Of a stretch of 64,000 nucleotides of DNA, positions 17,669 to 26,845 are shown piece after piece. Location of the stretch: positions 2,176,001 through 2,240,000 of the forward strand of contig CBDFLJ010000002.1 in NCBI GenBank assembly GCA_965248835.1. Reading direction: 5' to 3'. Source of the DNA: Alphaproteobacteria bacterium (GTDB lineage Bacteria > Pseudomonadota > Alphaproteobacteria > MPNO01). Below the pieces are notes generated by a model. It worked only from the letters and a program-made list of their open reading frames with translations, did no database searches and had not been told where the DNA came from. Each line of letters begins with the position of its first letter. Position 1 is the first letter of the stretch. The position numbers were made by a program, and so were the translations under genes.

Positions 17669-19936
17669 TCACGGCGTCTTGTTCACCAGGGCCTGAAGTC
17701 TGTCCGGTGCCAGCGGGGTCTCCGTCGGCTGGACGCCCAACGCGCCGAGCGCATGGGCGAGCGCGTTGCCGATGGCACCGCCGACCGCGACCAGCCCGCC
17801 CTCGCCCGCGCCCTTGAACCCCAGCGGGTTGGATGCCGCCGGATGGGTCTGGAGCGCGATTGATACGATGCGCGGCACCGTGGTCGAGATCGGCATCAGG
17901 TAGTCGGCGAGCGAGCCGGTCAGCAACTGGCCGTCGCCGTCGTGGATGATCCGGTCGAGCAGCGCGCCGCCGATGCCCTGGACGACCGCGCCGATGGTCT
18001 GGCCTTCTGCGAGCATCGGGTTGAGCACCCGGCCGAGTTCCTCGACCACCCAGTAGGCCTCTACGGCGACCTCTCCGGTTTCGGCGTCGACGGCGACATG
18101 GGCGGCGTGCGCCCCGAATCCCCAGGCGCTTTGTCCGGCGTTGTCGAACCTTCCGTCCGCCTCCAGGCTCTGGCCGCGCGAGGCGGCGAATGCGGCCAGC
18201 GTTGCGAGATCCAACCCGCCGACTTCGCCGTCGCGGTATTCGAGCTTTGCCGGATCCGTGTTGAGCCGAAGGGCCGCGATCTCCCGGCAGCGCGCGCGAA
18301 AAGCCTCGGCGGCCAATCCGACGGCGTTGCCGCCCATGACCGTGCTGCGGCTGTGGTAGGTGCCGCTGCCGTCAGGCAGCAGGCTGGTGGTGCCGTGCCG
18401 GACGGTTATCGAGGCGAGGTCGACCTCGAGCGTCTCGGCTGCGATCTGCGCCATCCCGGTCGCGAGCCCCTGGCCGAGCGCGGACGAGCCGACGCGCACT
18501 TCGATGCCGCCGTCGTCGTGGGCGATGATTCGCGCGTTCTCCGGCGGGCCGGCGGCACTGCTTTCGACAAAGCAGGCAAGCCCGAGCCCGTGCCGGCGCC
18601 CCTGCTCGTCGGTCCAGCCCTGGCGCCGCGGCCAGGTGTCGTAGTCGACCGCGCCCAGCATCCGCGCGAAGACCGCCGGGTAGTCGCCTTCGGCATACGC
18701 GGTGTCGGTATCGCCGGGGATCAGCTCGCCGATCGCATAGGGCAGCGCGTCCGGGCGCAACAGATTGCGCAGCCGGATCTCGGCCGGATCGATGCCGAGG
18801 TCGCCGGCCATCAGATCGATCATGCGCTCGCGAAAGAAGTTGGCCTCGAACCGCCCCGGCCCGCGGTAGGTGCCGGTCGGCGTCTTGTTGGTGATCGCCA
18901 CCGCCACCGAAAGCGCGACGTTGTCGATCGCATAGGGGCCGGGCAGGAACTGGCCGGCACGGGTCGGCACCACCGCGCCGTTGGTCCGGACATAGGCGCC
19001 GATGTCGGCGAGGAGCGCTCCGCGCAGTCCGAGGATCCGGCCCTGTGCATCGGCGGCGATCTCCAGCGTGCATTCGATATCGCGGGCTTGGTTGGTGGCC
19101 ATCAGATGCTCGCGCCGATCCTCGATCCACTTGACCGGCCGGCCGGCCCGGCGGCTGGCGATCGGCACCAGGTAATCTTCGGGATAGAGCTCGCCGCGGA
19201 CCCCGAACCCGCCTCCGACATCGAGCTCGATCAGCTCGACGGCATCGCGCGCCAGCCCGAACGCCGCGGCAAGCACACCCCGGTTGTAATAGGTGGTCTT
19301 GGCCGCGCCCCACAGTTTCAAGCCGCCGCCGCCGGGATCGAAGTCGGCGACCAGCCCGCGGGTCTCAACCGGTGAGGCCGCCTGGCGGTGGGTGCGAAAA
19401 GTCTCGGTCCGGCGATAGGCCGCCCCTGCGAACGCCGCGTTCGCGTCGCCCCGGCCGACCTCATAGCGGATCGCGAAGTTCTCGCCGGCCCGTTCATGCA
19501 CCAGCGATCGGGCCGCGGCGGCCTCCTCGGGACCGGCGATCACCGGCAGCGCTGCGTATTCGACCGCGATCAGCGCCAGCGCGTCTTCGGCGCGATAACG
19601 GTCGGTCGCGACCACCACGGCCACCGGCTCGCCGACGAAACGGACCTTTTCGACCGCGAGCGGGGGTTGCAGGAAGCGGGCGAATTCCGGCATCGCAACC
19701 AGTCGGACGGGGATCTCGGGAATGGGCCGGTCGAGGTCGGCGGCGCAGAAGACGTCCAGCACGCCCGGCGCGGCACGCGCGGCGGCGAGATCGATCGCGG
19801 TAATCCGCGCGTGTGCCAGCGGGCTGCGCAGGATCGCCATCGCGGCCATGCCGGGAAGGTTGAGATCGTCGACGAAGCACGCGCGGCCGCGAAGCAGCCT
19901 CGGATCTTCGAGCCGCTTGACCGGCCGTCCGATCAT
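17669..19936 (-). CDS. Xanthine dehydrogenase-family molybdopterin-binding large subunit
   Basis: KRLEDPRLLRG, RSPLAHARI, DVGGGFG, YRGPGR, GSSALGQG, NPLGFKGAGEGG. Confidence 0.9.
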   Translation of the reverse strand: MIGRPVKRLEDPRLLRGRACFVDDLNLPGMAAMAILRSPLAHARITAIDLAAARAAPGVLDVFCAADLDRPIPEIPVRLVAMPEFARFLQPPLAVEKVRFVGEPVAVVVATDRYRAEDALALIAVEYAALPVIAGPEEAAAARSLVHERAGENFAIRYEVGRGDANAAFAGAAYRRTETFRTHRQAASPVETRGLVADFDPGGGGLKLWGAAKTTYYNRGVLAAAFGLARDAVELIELDVGGGFGVRGELYPEDYLVPIASRRAGRPVKWIEDRREHLMATNQARDIECTLEIAADAQGRILGLRGALLADIGAYVRTNGAVVPTRAGQFLPGPYAIDNVALSVAVAITNKTPTGTYRGPGRFEANFFRERMIDLMAGDLGIDPAEIRLRNLLRPDALPYAIGELIPGDTDTAYAEGDYPAVFARMLGAVDYDTWPRRQGWTDEQGRRHGLGLACFVESSAAGPPENARIIAHDDGGIEVRVGSSALGQGLATGMAQIAAETLEVDLASITVRHGTTSLLPDGSGTYHSRSTVMGGNAVGLAAEAFRARCREIAALRLNTDPAKLEYRDGEVGGLDLATLAAFAASRGQSLEADGRFDNAGQSAWGFGAHAAHVAVDAETGEVAVEAYWVVEELGRVLNPMLAEGQTIGAVVQGIGGALLDRIIHDGDGQLLTGSLADYLMPISTTVPRIVSIALQTHPAASNPLGFKGAGEGGLVAVGGAIGNALAHALGALGVQPTETPLAPDRLQALVNKTP

Positions 19937-20047
19937 GCCGTCCGGCACCGGGCCGTCCTCCGTTGAATCGCCGCCATAGAGCGCTAGAGTAGGAACCGGC
20001 AGGCGTGCACGCAAACCGGCGCGCGGGACAGATCGGAGGGACGGCGC

Positions 20048-20857
20048 ATGGATCTACAGCTCGACGGAAAGATCGTCGCGATTACCGGCGGCAGCATGGG
20101 GATCGGTAAGGCGATCGCGCTCAGCATGGCACGCGAGGGCTGCAGGATCGCGTTGTGCGCGCGCGGCAAGGAGGGACTCGACGCGGCCGCCGGGGAGATC
20201 ACCGAGGCGACCGGCCAGGAGGTGTTCTCGATCACCGCCGACCTGACCAGGGATGCCGATGCCCAGAAGTTCATCGATGCGGCGGCCGCGCATTTCGGGC
20301 GCATCGACATCCTGGTCAACAACGCCGGTGCCGCGCCTGGCGGCGTGCTCGAAGGCCTGTCCGAGGACGACTGGGAGGCCGCGCTGCAGCTCAAATTCAT
20401 GGGCTATGTCCGCTGCACCCGCCATGTCATCCCCCATATGCGCAAGCAGGGCGGCGGGCGGATCGTCAACCTGATCGGCAATGACGGCATCAAGCACTCC
20501 TACTGGGAGATCGCGCCGGGTGCCGCCAACGCGGCAGGCCAGAACTTCACCCTGTCGATCGCCGCCCAGTACGCCCGGGAGAACATCACCCTGGTCGCGG
20601 TCAATCCCGGCCCGGTGAGGACCGAGCGCTGGGACGGGCTGGTCCGCGCGATGTCGCGCGACATGAAGATCCCCTACGAGAAGGCCGACACGCTGGCGCC
20701 GAAGAGTATTCCGCTAGGCCGGATTGCCGAGCCCGAGGAAGTCGCCAACCTGGTCGCCTATCTCGCCTCGCCGCTCGCCCATTTCGTCAACGGCACGATG
20801 ATCGAGATCGACGGCGGCCAGCAGAAGCCGCTCATGGACGCCTCGCGCGACGGCTGA
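20048..20857 (+). CDS. SDR-family oxidoreductase (atypical active site)
   Basis: TGGSMGIG, ILVNNAG, VNPGPVRT; no canonical YxxxK. Confidence 0.88.
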   Translation: MDLQLDGKIVAITGGSMGIGKAIALSMAREGCRIALCARGKEGLDAAAGEITEATGQEVFSITADLTRDADAQKFIDAAAAHFGRIDILVNNAGAAPGGVLEGLSEDDWEAALQLKFMGYVRCTRHVIPHMRKQGGGRIVNLIGNDGIKHSYWEIAPGAANAAGQNFTLSIAAQYARENITLVAVNPGPVRTERWDGLVRAMSRDMKIPYEKADTLAPKSIPLGRIAEPEEVANLVAYLASPLAHFVNGTMIEIDGGQQKPLMDASRDG

Positions 20858-20926
20858 GCCCCTGCAGAGGTCGAACACGCCGTCGCTCGCCGAGGCCGCC
20901 GGACCGTTCGCCTCGGCGGGCGGGTC

Positions 20927-21904
20927 TCACTCGAAGAGATGACACACGACCTTGTGCTCCGGGTTGAGCGCGCGCTCCCGCGGCGGCGAAGTAACACAGA
21001 TGTCGCCGATCTTCTTGGGGCAACGGCTGTGGAACCGGCAGCCGCGCGGGAGATTGACCGGGCTCGGAATTTCACCTTCGAGCACGATTTCCCGGTGATC
21101 GGCCGCCGGCTTCAGCATTCGTTCGGGCATGCTTGCGATCAAGGCTTCGGTATAGGGATGGCTCGCCTCCTCGAAGAGCCGGCTGGTCCGGGCCTGCTCG
21201 ATGATCGCGCCGAGATACATCACCGCGACTTCGTCGCAGACGTATTCGATCGCGCTCAAATCGTGCGAAACGATGAGCAGCGTAAGACCGCTCTCGCGCT
21301 GGACGTCCTGCATCAGGTTGAGGATCTGGGCGCGGGCCGAGGCGTCGAGAACCGAGACCGGCTCGTCGCAGAAAATGAACTGCGGCTGGACGGCCAAGGC
21401 GGCAGCCAACGCCACCCTTTGCCGCACACCGCCGCTCAATTCATGCGGATAGGCGTCGGCGACCGCGCCCTCCAGGCCGACTTGAGCGAGCAGTCCCCGA
21501 ACCCGCCCCGGCACTCCCCGCGACTCGACCAGGCGATGGATGCGCAGCGGCAGCGCCAGCGTTTGATAAACGGTCTTTCGCGGATTGAGAGACAGAAAGG
21601 GGTCCTGAAACAGCATCTGGACCTCTTTTCGGAACGCGAGTTCCTGGCCACGGCTCATCCGCGCCACGGACCGATCGCGAAACCTTATGCTGCCCGAGGA
21701 CGGTTCGAGCAGCTTGACCAGCATCCGGCCGAGCGTCGTCTTGCCGCTCCCCGACTCTCCGACCAGACCCATGATCCGGTTGCCCGAGATCTCCATGCTC
21801 ACGCGATCGACCGCGGTCAACCACCCGGAGACCCGCCGCAGGGAACCCGAACGCACCGGAAAGACGCGCGAGGCGCTGTCAACCTTGAACAGGGTGTCTG
21901 CCAT
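20927..21904 (-). CDS. Oligopeptide/dipeptide ABC ATP-binding protein (OppF-like)
   Basis: GESGSGKTT, YPHELSGG, CDEPVS, HPYT, GCRFHSRC. Confidence 0.9.
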   Translation of the reverse strand: MADTLFKVDSASRVFPVRSGSLRRVSGWLTAVDRVSMEISGNRIMGLVGESGSGKTTLGRMLVKLLEPSSGSIRFRDRSVARMSRGQELAFRKEVQMLFQDPFLSLNPRKTVYQTLALPLRIHRLVESRGVPGRVRGLLAQVGLEGAVADAYPHELSGGVRQRVALAAALAVQPQFIFCDEPVSVLDASARAQILNLMQDVQRESGLTLLIVSHDLSAIEYVCDEVAVMYLGAIIEQARTSRLFEEASHPYTEALIASMPERMLKPAADHREIVLEGEIPSPVNLPRGCRFHSRCPKKIGDICVTSPPRERALNPEHKVVCHLFE

Positions 21905-22889
21905 CGCCTCGTTCTTCGTCGGCCAGGACGCAACGCACCTGATGGTCGGCCGCGCGCCGTCGCATCGAGATCGGCCTCTCTCGGCAGCGCCGCTCGACCC
22001 GGGCGCATCGTGCCGCGAACAGGCAGGCCGCGATTTCTTCATAGACCTTCGGCTGCGCCCCCTGGATAGGATCCAGCTTCTTTCCCCGGGCAATCTCCTT
22101 GGACATCCCCACCAGCGCCTTCGTATAGGGGTGGATAGGCCGGTGGATCACGTCTTCCACGGGGCCGATCTCCACCACCTGCCCGGCATAGACGATCGCC
22201 AAACGATTGCACAGGCGGGCGACGACTCCGAGGTTGTGGGAGATCCAGACCAGGGTCAGTCCGAACGCTTCGCGGAGCCTCTCGATCAAAGCGACGATCT
22301 GGCTCTGGATGGTGACGTCCAGCGCGCTGGTAGGGCTGTCGGCGATCAGGATCTCGGGGTTGCAGCTCAGCGCGATCGCGATCACCGCACGTTGCTGCAT
22401 GCCGCCGCTGAACTGATGCGGATAGGCGTCGCAGGCGGACGCCGGGTCGGGAATCCCGACCAGCCCCAGGAGCTCGACCGCGCGGCGCCGGGCTTCCGCC
22501 GCCGAAACCGGTTCGTGAGCCCGGATCGTCTCGGCAATCTGGGCGCCGATCCGGTAGCACGGATCGAGGCTGGCGCCGGGGTTCTCGAACACGTAGCCGA
22601 TACGGCTGCCGATGACCGCCCCGGCCGCTGCGCCGTCCAGCAGGTCGGCGCCCCGGTAGAGGACCCGACCGCCGACGATCTGGCCGTAAGGCGGCGGCGG
22701 ATGGCCGATCATCGACAGCGCCAGCATGGTCTTGCCGGAACCGGACTCCCCGACGATGCCCAGCGCTTCCCCCTGGCGCACGTCGAAGGAGATCCCGTTG
22801 ACGGCGCGCAGCGTCCAGTCGGGCGTCTTGATGTGCATGTGCAGATCTTCGACCCGGAGAATGGGGTCGCTCGGCGGTGCGGCCTCCAT
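21879..22889 (-). CDS. Oligopeptide/dipeptide ABC ATP-binding protein (OppD-like)
   Basis: GESGSGKT, YPHQFSGGMQQR, IADSPT (Walker B Glu replaced by Ser), HPYT. Confidence 0.88.
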   Translation of the reverse strand: MEAAPPSDPILRVEDLHMHIKTPDWTLRAVNGISFDVRQGEALGIVGESGSGKTMLALSMIGHPPPPYGQIVGGRVLYRGADLLDGAAAGAVIGSRIGYVFENPGASLDPCYRIGAQIAETIRAHEPVSAAEARRRAVELLGLVGIPDPASACDAYPHQFSGGMQQRAVIAIALSCNPEILIADSPTSALDVTIQSQIVALIERLREAFGLTLVWISHNLGVVARLCNRLAIVYAGQVVEIGPVEDVIHRPIHPYTKALVGMSKEIARGKKLDPIQGAQPKVYEEIAACLFAARCARVERRCRERPISMRRRAADHQVRCVLADEERGDGRHPVQG

Positions 22890-23765
22890 TCAAGCCTCCC
22901 GCATGCCATCGCCGGGGCGCGAACGGATCGTCCGGGGATCGAGCAGATCCTGGAGTCCGTCGCCGAGCAGGTTCAGGGACACCGAGAGCACCAGCAGGAA
23001 CAGGCCCGGGATCGTCGGCACGTGCGGCGCGACTTGAATGACCTTCTGGCCCTCGGCGATCATGATTCCCCATTCCGGCGTCGGGGGCTCGATGGCGAGG
23101 CCGAGATAGCTCAGGCCGGCCGAGAAGATGATGAAAATCGGCATCACGGACACCGCAAAGACGACCAGCGACCCGAAGATGTTGGGCAGGACTTCCGACC
23201 ACAGGATCATCCAGGGTCCCGCTCCGCGGACCCTGGCGGCTTCGACGAAGGTCAGCGTGATCGTCGAGCGCGCCGCCGCATGCGCCGCCCGAATGACGTA
23301 GGGGACGACGACGATGGCCATCGCGACCATCGCGTTGAACATGCCCTTGCCCAGAACCTGCGCCGCCAGGATCGCCAGCAGGACCAGCGGGAAGGAGAAC
23401 AGGACCTCCGTCAGACGGAGAACGATCCAATCGTACCAGCCGCCGAAATAGGCGGCGGTCATGCCGAGGAAGGTCCCGACGACCATGGCGGCGAGAACCG
23501 GCACAGTGCCCAGAAGCAGCGTGATCCGGCCGCCCCAGATGAGCCGGCTCAGGATATCGCGCCCTGTCTGATCGGTGCCGAGGATGTGACCCGGAGTCCC
23601 GGGCGGCTTGTTTCGCAAGCCCGAGAAGATTTCGATCGGGTCATAGGGGCTGAGCAGCGGGGCGAACATCGAGACGATCACCAGAAACAGGACGACGGCG
23701 CCGCCCGTCACTATGCGCTTGTCGCCGGTAATGCTTCGATACAGCCGTTCCAACCGGCCGCTCAT
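22890..23765 (-). CDS. Opp/Dpp ABC permease (OppC-like)
   Basis: HILGTDQTGRDILSRLIWGGR, FVEAARVRGA, PEWG. Confidence 0.9.
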   Translation of the reverse strand: MSGRLERLYRSITGDKRIVTGGAVVLFLVIVSMFAPLLSPYDPIEIFSGLRNKPPGTPGHILGTDQTGRDILSRLIWGGRITLLLGTVPVLAAMVVGTFLGMTAAYFGGWYDWIVLRLTEVLFSFPLVLLAILAAQVLGKGMFNAMVAMAIVVVPYVIRAAHAAARSTITLTFVEAARVRGAGPWMILWSEVLPNIFGSLVVFAVSVMPIFIIFSAGLSYLGLAIEPPTPEWGIMIAEGQKVIQVAPHVPTIPGLFLLVLSVSLNLLGDGLQDLLDPRTIRSRPGDGMREA

Positions 23766-24712
23766 TGCAAGACGATTCTTGGATCGAACAGCGGGCGAAG
23801 CACGTCGACGATGATGTTGAACAGCAAAAACAGGATGCAGACGAACAGAACGGCGCCCTGGACGACGGTGTAGTCCTGGGCGGTCACGGCGGTGTAGATC
23901 TGGAGGCCGAGGCCGGGCCAGTTGAAGACGACCTCCGAGAAGATCGCCGCCGTCAGCAGGAACCCGGCCTGCATGCCGGTGACGTTCAGAATGGACGGCA
24001 TGGCGTTGCGGATGACGTGGCGCGCGATATGGCGGCGCGACAGACCGCGCGCGTAGAGCGCGTTCACGAACGGCAGGCGCGTGACCTCGATCACCGCGGT
24101 ACGGCACATCCTGACCAGCATCCCCGCCGGCAGAACGGCGGTCGCGATGGCCGGAAGCGTCAGGTGCCAGAGCACGTCGATCACCCCGCCTCCGTCGCCG
24201 CGCTGGGAAACGATGCCCGAGGCCGGGAACAGACCGAGATTGATGGCGAGCAAAATGATTAGAACCATGCCGAACCAGAACGCCGGCAGGCTGATGCCGG
24301 CCAGAGCGAAGACCAGCGATCCGCGATCGAGCCAACCGTTGGGGTGGAGGCCCGAAGCGATGCCCAGACTCCAACCGACGACGATGGCAAGGACCATGCT
24401 GCCGGCGACCAGCAGCAGCGAGTTGACCAGCTTGATCAGCAACAGCTCGGTGACCGGCACGTGCAGCTGCATCGACCGCCCGAGATCGCCGTGGACCGCG
24501 CGCACAGCCCATTTGCCGTACTGGACGACCAACGGCCGATCGAGACCGTAGCTCTGGCGGATCTGCTCTCGCTGTTTCTCGGTCGCGAAGGGCCCGGCCA
24601 GATGAACCACCGGATCGCCGGGCACGAGGCGCATGGCCAAAAACACGATCACCGACACGCCGAAGAGCAGCAGGACGAAATATGTCGTGCGTTTAAGCGC
24701 GTAGGTAAGCAA
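23762..24712 (-). CDS. Opp/Dpp ABC permease (OppB-like)
   Basis: PGDP, GLDRPL..QY, GDLGRS, HLTLPA, EVVFNWPGLG. Confidence 0.92.
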   Translation of the reverse strand: MLTYALKRTTYFVLLLFGVSVIVFLAMRLVPGDPVVHLAGPFATEKQREQIRQSYGLDRPLVVQYGKWAVRAVHGDLGRSMQLHVPVTELLLIKLVNSLLLVAGSMVLAIVVGWSLGIASGLHPNGWLDRGSLVFALAGISLPAFWFGMVLIILLAINLGLFPASGIVSQRGDGGGVIDVLWHLTLPAIATAVLPAGMLVRMCRTAVIEVTRLPFVNALYARGLSRRHIARHVIRNAMPSILNVTGMQAGFLLTAAIFSEVVFNWPGLGLQIYTAVTAQDYTVVQGAVLFVCILFLLFNIIVDVLRPLFDPRIVLQ

Positions 24713-24731
24713 GTGTTCGACTCACGCCGGG

Positions 24732-24766
24732 CGGCGCCGGGCCGCTCGGCCGGCGCCCCGGCGCCG
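24732..24766 (-). terminator. GC-rich stem-loop just downstream of the SBP gene
   Basis: CGGCGCCGGG (24732-24741) pairs with CCCGGCGCCG (24757-24766); no U-tract. Confidence 0.45.
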
Positions 24767-24783
24767 TTCCCGGGTCATCCGCT

Positions 24784-26481
24784 TCAAGCTTCGTCGAGCC
24801 AGATGGTGCGGAAAGTGAACCACTCCAGCGGGGTCTGGACCTTGCCCTTGACCTTCGATGCATAGACGAACGGATTGAGATCGCTCAGCACCAGCATCAG
24901 CGGCGCGTCCTCGGTCGCCATCCGATTGGCCTTGGACCAGAGTTCGATGGCCTCGGTGCTCAGCCCCCAGGGGGCGTAGGGATCGCCGGCGGCGGGGGGC
25001 GGGGCCTGGCGCGCCGCCTTCATCACCTCGTCGACCTTCTCGTTGCAGTAATAGCCGGTATTGAGCCCGCCCACCGCCCCGACATGGAAGGTGCATCCGA
25101 TGGTCTGTTCGAGCCAGAACGGATCCGGCGCGCCAAAGGACATCTGCGCCGCGCCCACCGACTTGAAGCCGCCGGAGATCCATTTGGTGAAATAGGACAC
25201 CCATTCCGATGCTTCGATCCGCATGTCGACGCCGACTTTCCGCAGGTCGGACTGGACGCGCTCGGCGATCGAGACCGGCAATAGCTGCCCGGAGCCATCG
25301 GTCGAGGTCACGAAGGTGGTGGAAAAGCCGTTCGGGTGTCCGGCTTCGGCGAGCAGCGCCTTCGCCTTCCGCGGGTTGTGCTCATAAGCCTTGAAGCTCG
25401 GGTCGTAGGACAGCATGCCCGGCGGGACGATGCCGTTCTCCATCGGAAACGCCGTACTGTTCAGGACGTCGCGGCAAAGCGCCGAGCGGTCGACCGCGTA
25501 GTTCAGCGCCTGGCGCACGCGTTTGTCCTGATACAGCGGATCCTTCATGTTGTAGGCCCAGTACCAGTTGTGATGCACCGTGCCCTGATCCCAGACGAAG
25601 CCTTCGCCTTCGAGCTGGCCGCGGCTGTCGGGGACCGGCACGATGATCATGTCGAACTCGCCCGAGCGCAGCCCGGCGATGCGCGAGGCGGCCTCGGACA
25701 CCGGTTTGACGACGATACGGTCCAGGAAAGGCCCGATTCGCGGGTTGCCGCCCCAATAGTCGGGGTTGCGCTCCATGACCACGCGGTCGCCGTGCACGCG
25801 CTCGACGAATTTGAACGGCCCGGTTCCCACCGGGTGCAGCGCCATGCCCTCGTTGCCGTATTTCTTGATCGCGGTCGGGCTGATCATCGAGACCATGCCC
25901 GGCCCGAGATTGGCGAGGCGCAGCAGGAAGGAGTTGAACGGCTCTTTGAGGACGACCTTGACCTTGTGCGGGCCCAGCACCTCGACATGATCGAGAAAGT
26001 AGACGTCGGCCGCGCGATAGGCCTTCGCCCGCGGATAGAAATATTCGAAATCCTCTTTGAAGATCCGATCGAGGTTGAATTTCACCGCCTCGGCGTCGAA
26101 CGGCGTGCCGTCATGGAACTTGATGCCCTGCCGCAGGGTGAAGGTGTATTCGGTCCCGTCGGGTGAAATCTCCCACCCGCTGGCGAGCGAGGGCACGAGC
26201 CGCGGCGGCGCGCCGTCCTGCCAACCGACGGTCAGATCGTGCTCGACCAGCTGGTCGTACATCTGCAGCACCAGCCGCGATGTGTGCCAGCCGCCGCAGG
26301 CGTGCGGATCGAGAATGTCGGGCTCGGCCTCCATCGCGTAGACGATCGTTCCGCCTTGCTTCGGCGTCGCCCCGAAGGACAGGCGAGGGCGCGTCACCAG
26401 GCCCGTCGACGCTGCAGCAGCAGCACCGAGCACGAACCCGCGCCGGCTCACGTGAGGCGATTTCACCCGTGATTGGGACAT
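24784..26481 (-). CDS. Family 5 ABC substrate-binding protein with Tat signal
   Basis: SRRGFV twin-arginine signal, LRQGIKFHDG, PVGTGPF, VRQALNYAVD. Confidence 0.92.
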   Translation of the reverse strand: MSQSRVKSPHVSRRGFVLGAAAAASTGLVTRPRLSFGATPKQGGTIVYAMEAEPDILDPHACGGWHTSRLVLQMYDQLVEHDLTVGWQDGAPPRLVPSLASGWEISPDGTEYTFTLRQGIKFHDGTPFDAEAVKFNLDRIFKEDFEYFYPRAKAYRAADVYFLDHVEVLGPHKVKVVLKEPFNSFLLRLANLGPGMVSMISPTAIKKYGNEGMALHPVGTGPFKFVERVHGDRVVMERNPDYWGGNPRIGPFLDRIVVKPVSEAASRIAGLRSGEFDMIIVPVPDSRGQLEGEGFVWDQGTVHHNWYWAYNMKDPLYQDKRVRQALNYAVDRSALCRDVLNSTAFPMENGIVPPGMLSYDPSFKAYEHNPRKAKALLAEAGHPNGFSTTFVTSTDGSGQLLPVSIAERVQSDLRKVGVDMRIEASEWVSYFTKWISGGFKSVGAAQMSFGAPDPFWLEQTIGCTFHVGAVGGLNTGYYCNEKVDEVMKAARQAPPPAAGDPYAPWGLSTEAIELWSKANRMATEDAPLMLVLSDLNPFVYASKVKGKVQTPLEWFTFRTIWLDEA

Positions 26482-26539
26482 GGCTTCCTCTCTGTCCGTT
26501 CTTCCGCGTCGTACCGATGCTCAGCAAGCGAGAGCACGC

Positions 26540-26570
26540 ATGCTAGCACCGCCCGGCGCGTGGCTGTCAA
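26540..26570 (-). promoter_or_regulatory. Candidate sigma70 promoter of the Opp-like operon
   Basis: Minus strand TTGACA-N17-GCTAGCAT, about 60 nt upstream of the start. Confidence 0.45.
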
Positions 26571-26758
26571 TCCCGGAGGAACCGGGGCGATGTATGCGCG
26601 TTTGCCCGTGGATGGCGCGCAAAACGCGCCATCGACCCGGGCCATGTCGTCGCTGCCGACAGAGCTTGACGTGGAACGAGACCGCACCCCTGGCGGCGTG
26701 GCAAGGAGTCGTATGGCTGGTTCTTCGCCGGGCGCGGTCATCGACCTTCCTCCGGCAG

Positions 26759-26780
26759 GGTGCTTGAATGGTGCTTGAAT
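26759..26780. repeat. 11-bp tandem direct repeat GGTGCTTGAAT x2
   Basis: Units at 26759-26769 and 26770-26780. Confidence 0.85.
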
Positions 26781-26845
26781 ATTGGCGGTCCGGTTAAACT
26801 CACACCATCCAAACCGCCATTCCATTGACCGACGGGGCGCTCTCG

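Noticed and set aside
17669-19936. Aerobic CO dehydrogenase CoxL
   Set aside because: The loop is YRGPGR rather than AYxCSFR, and coxM/coxS are absent; the 27-kb relic (YRGAGR) is broken
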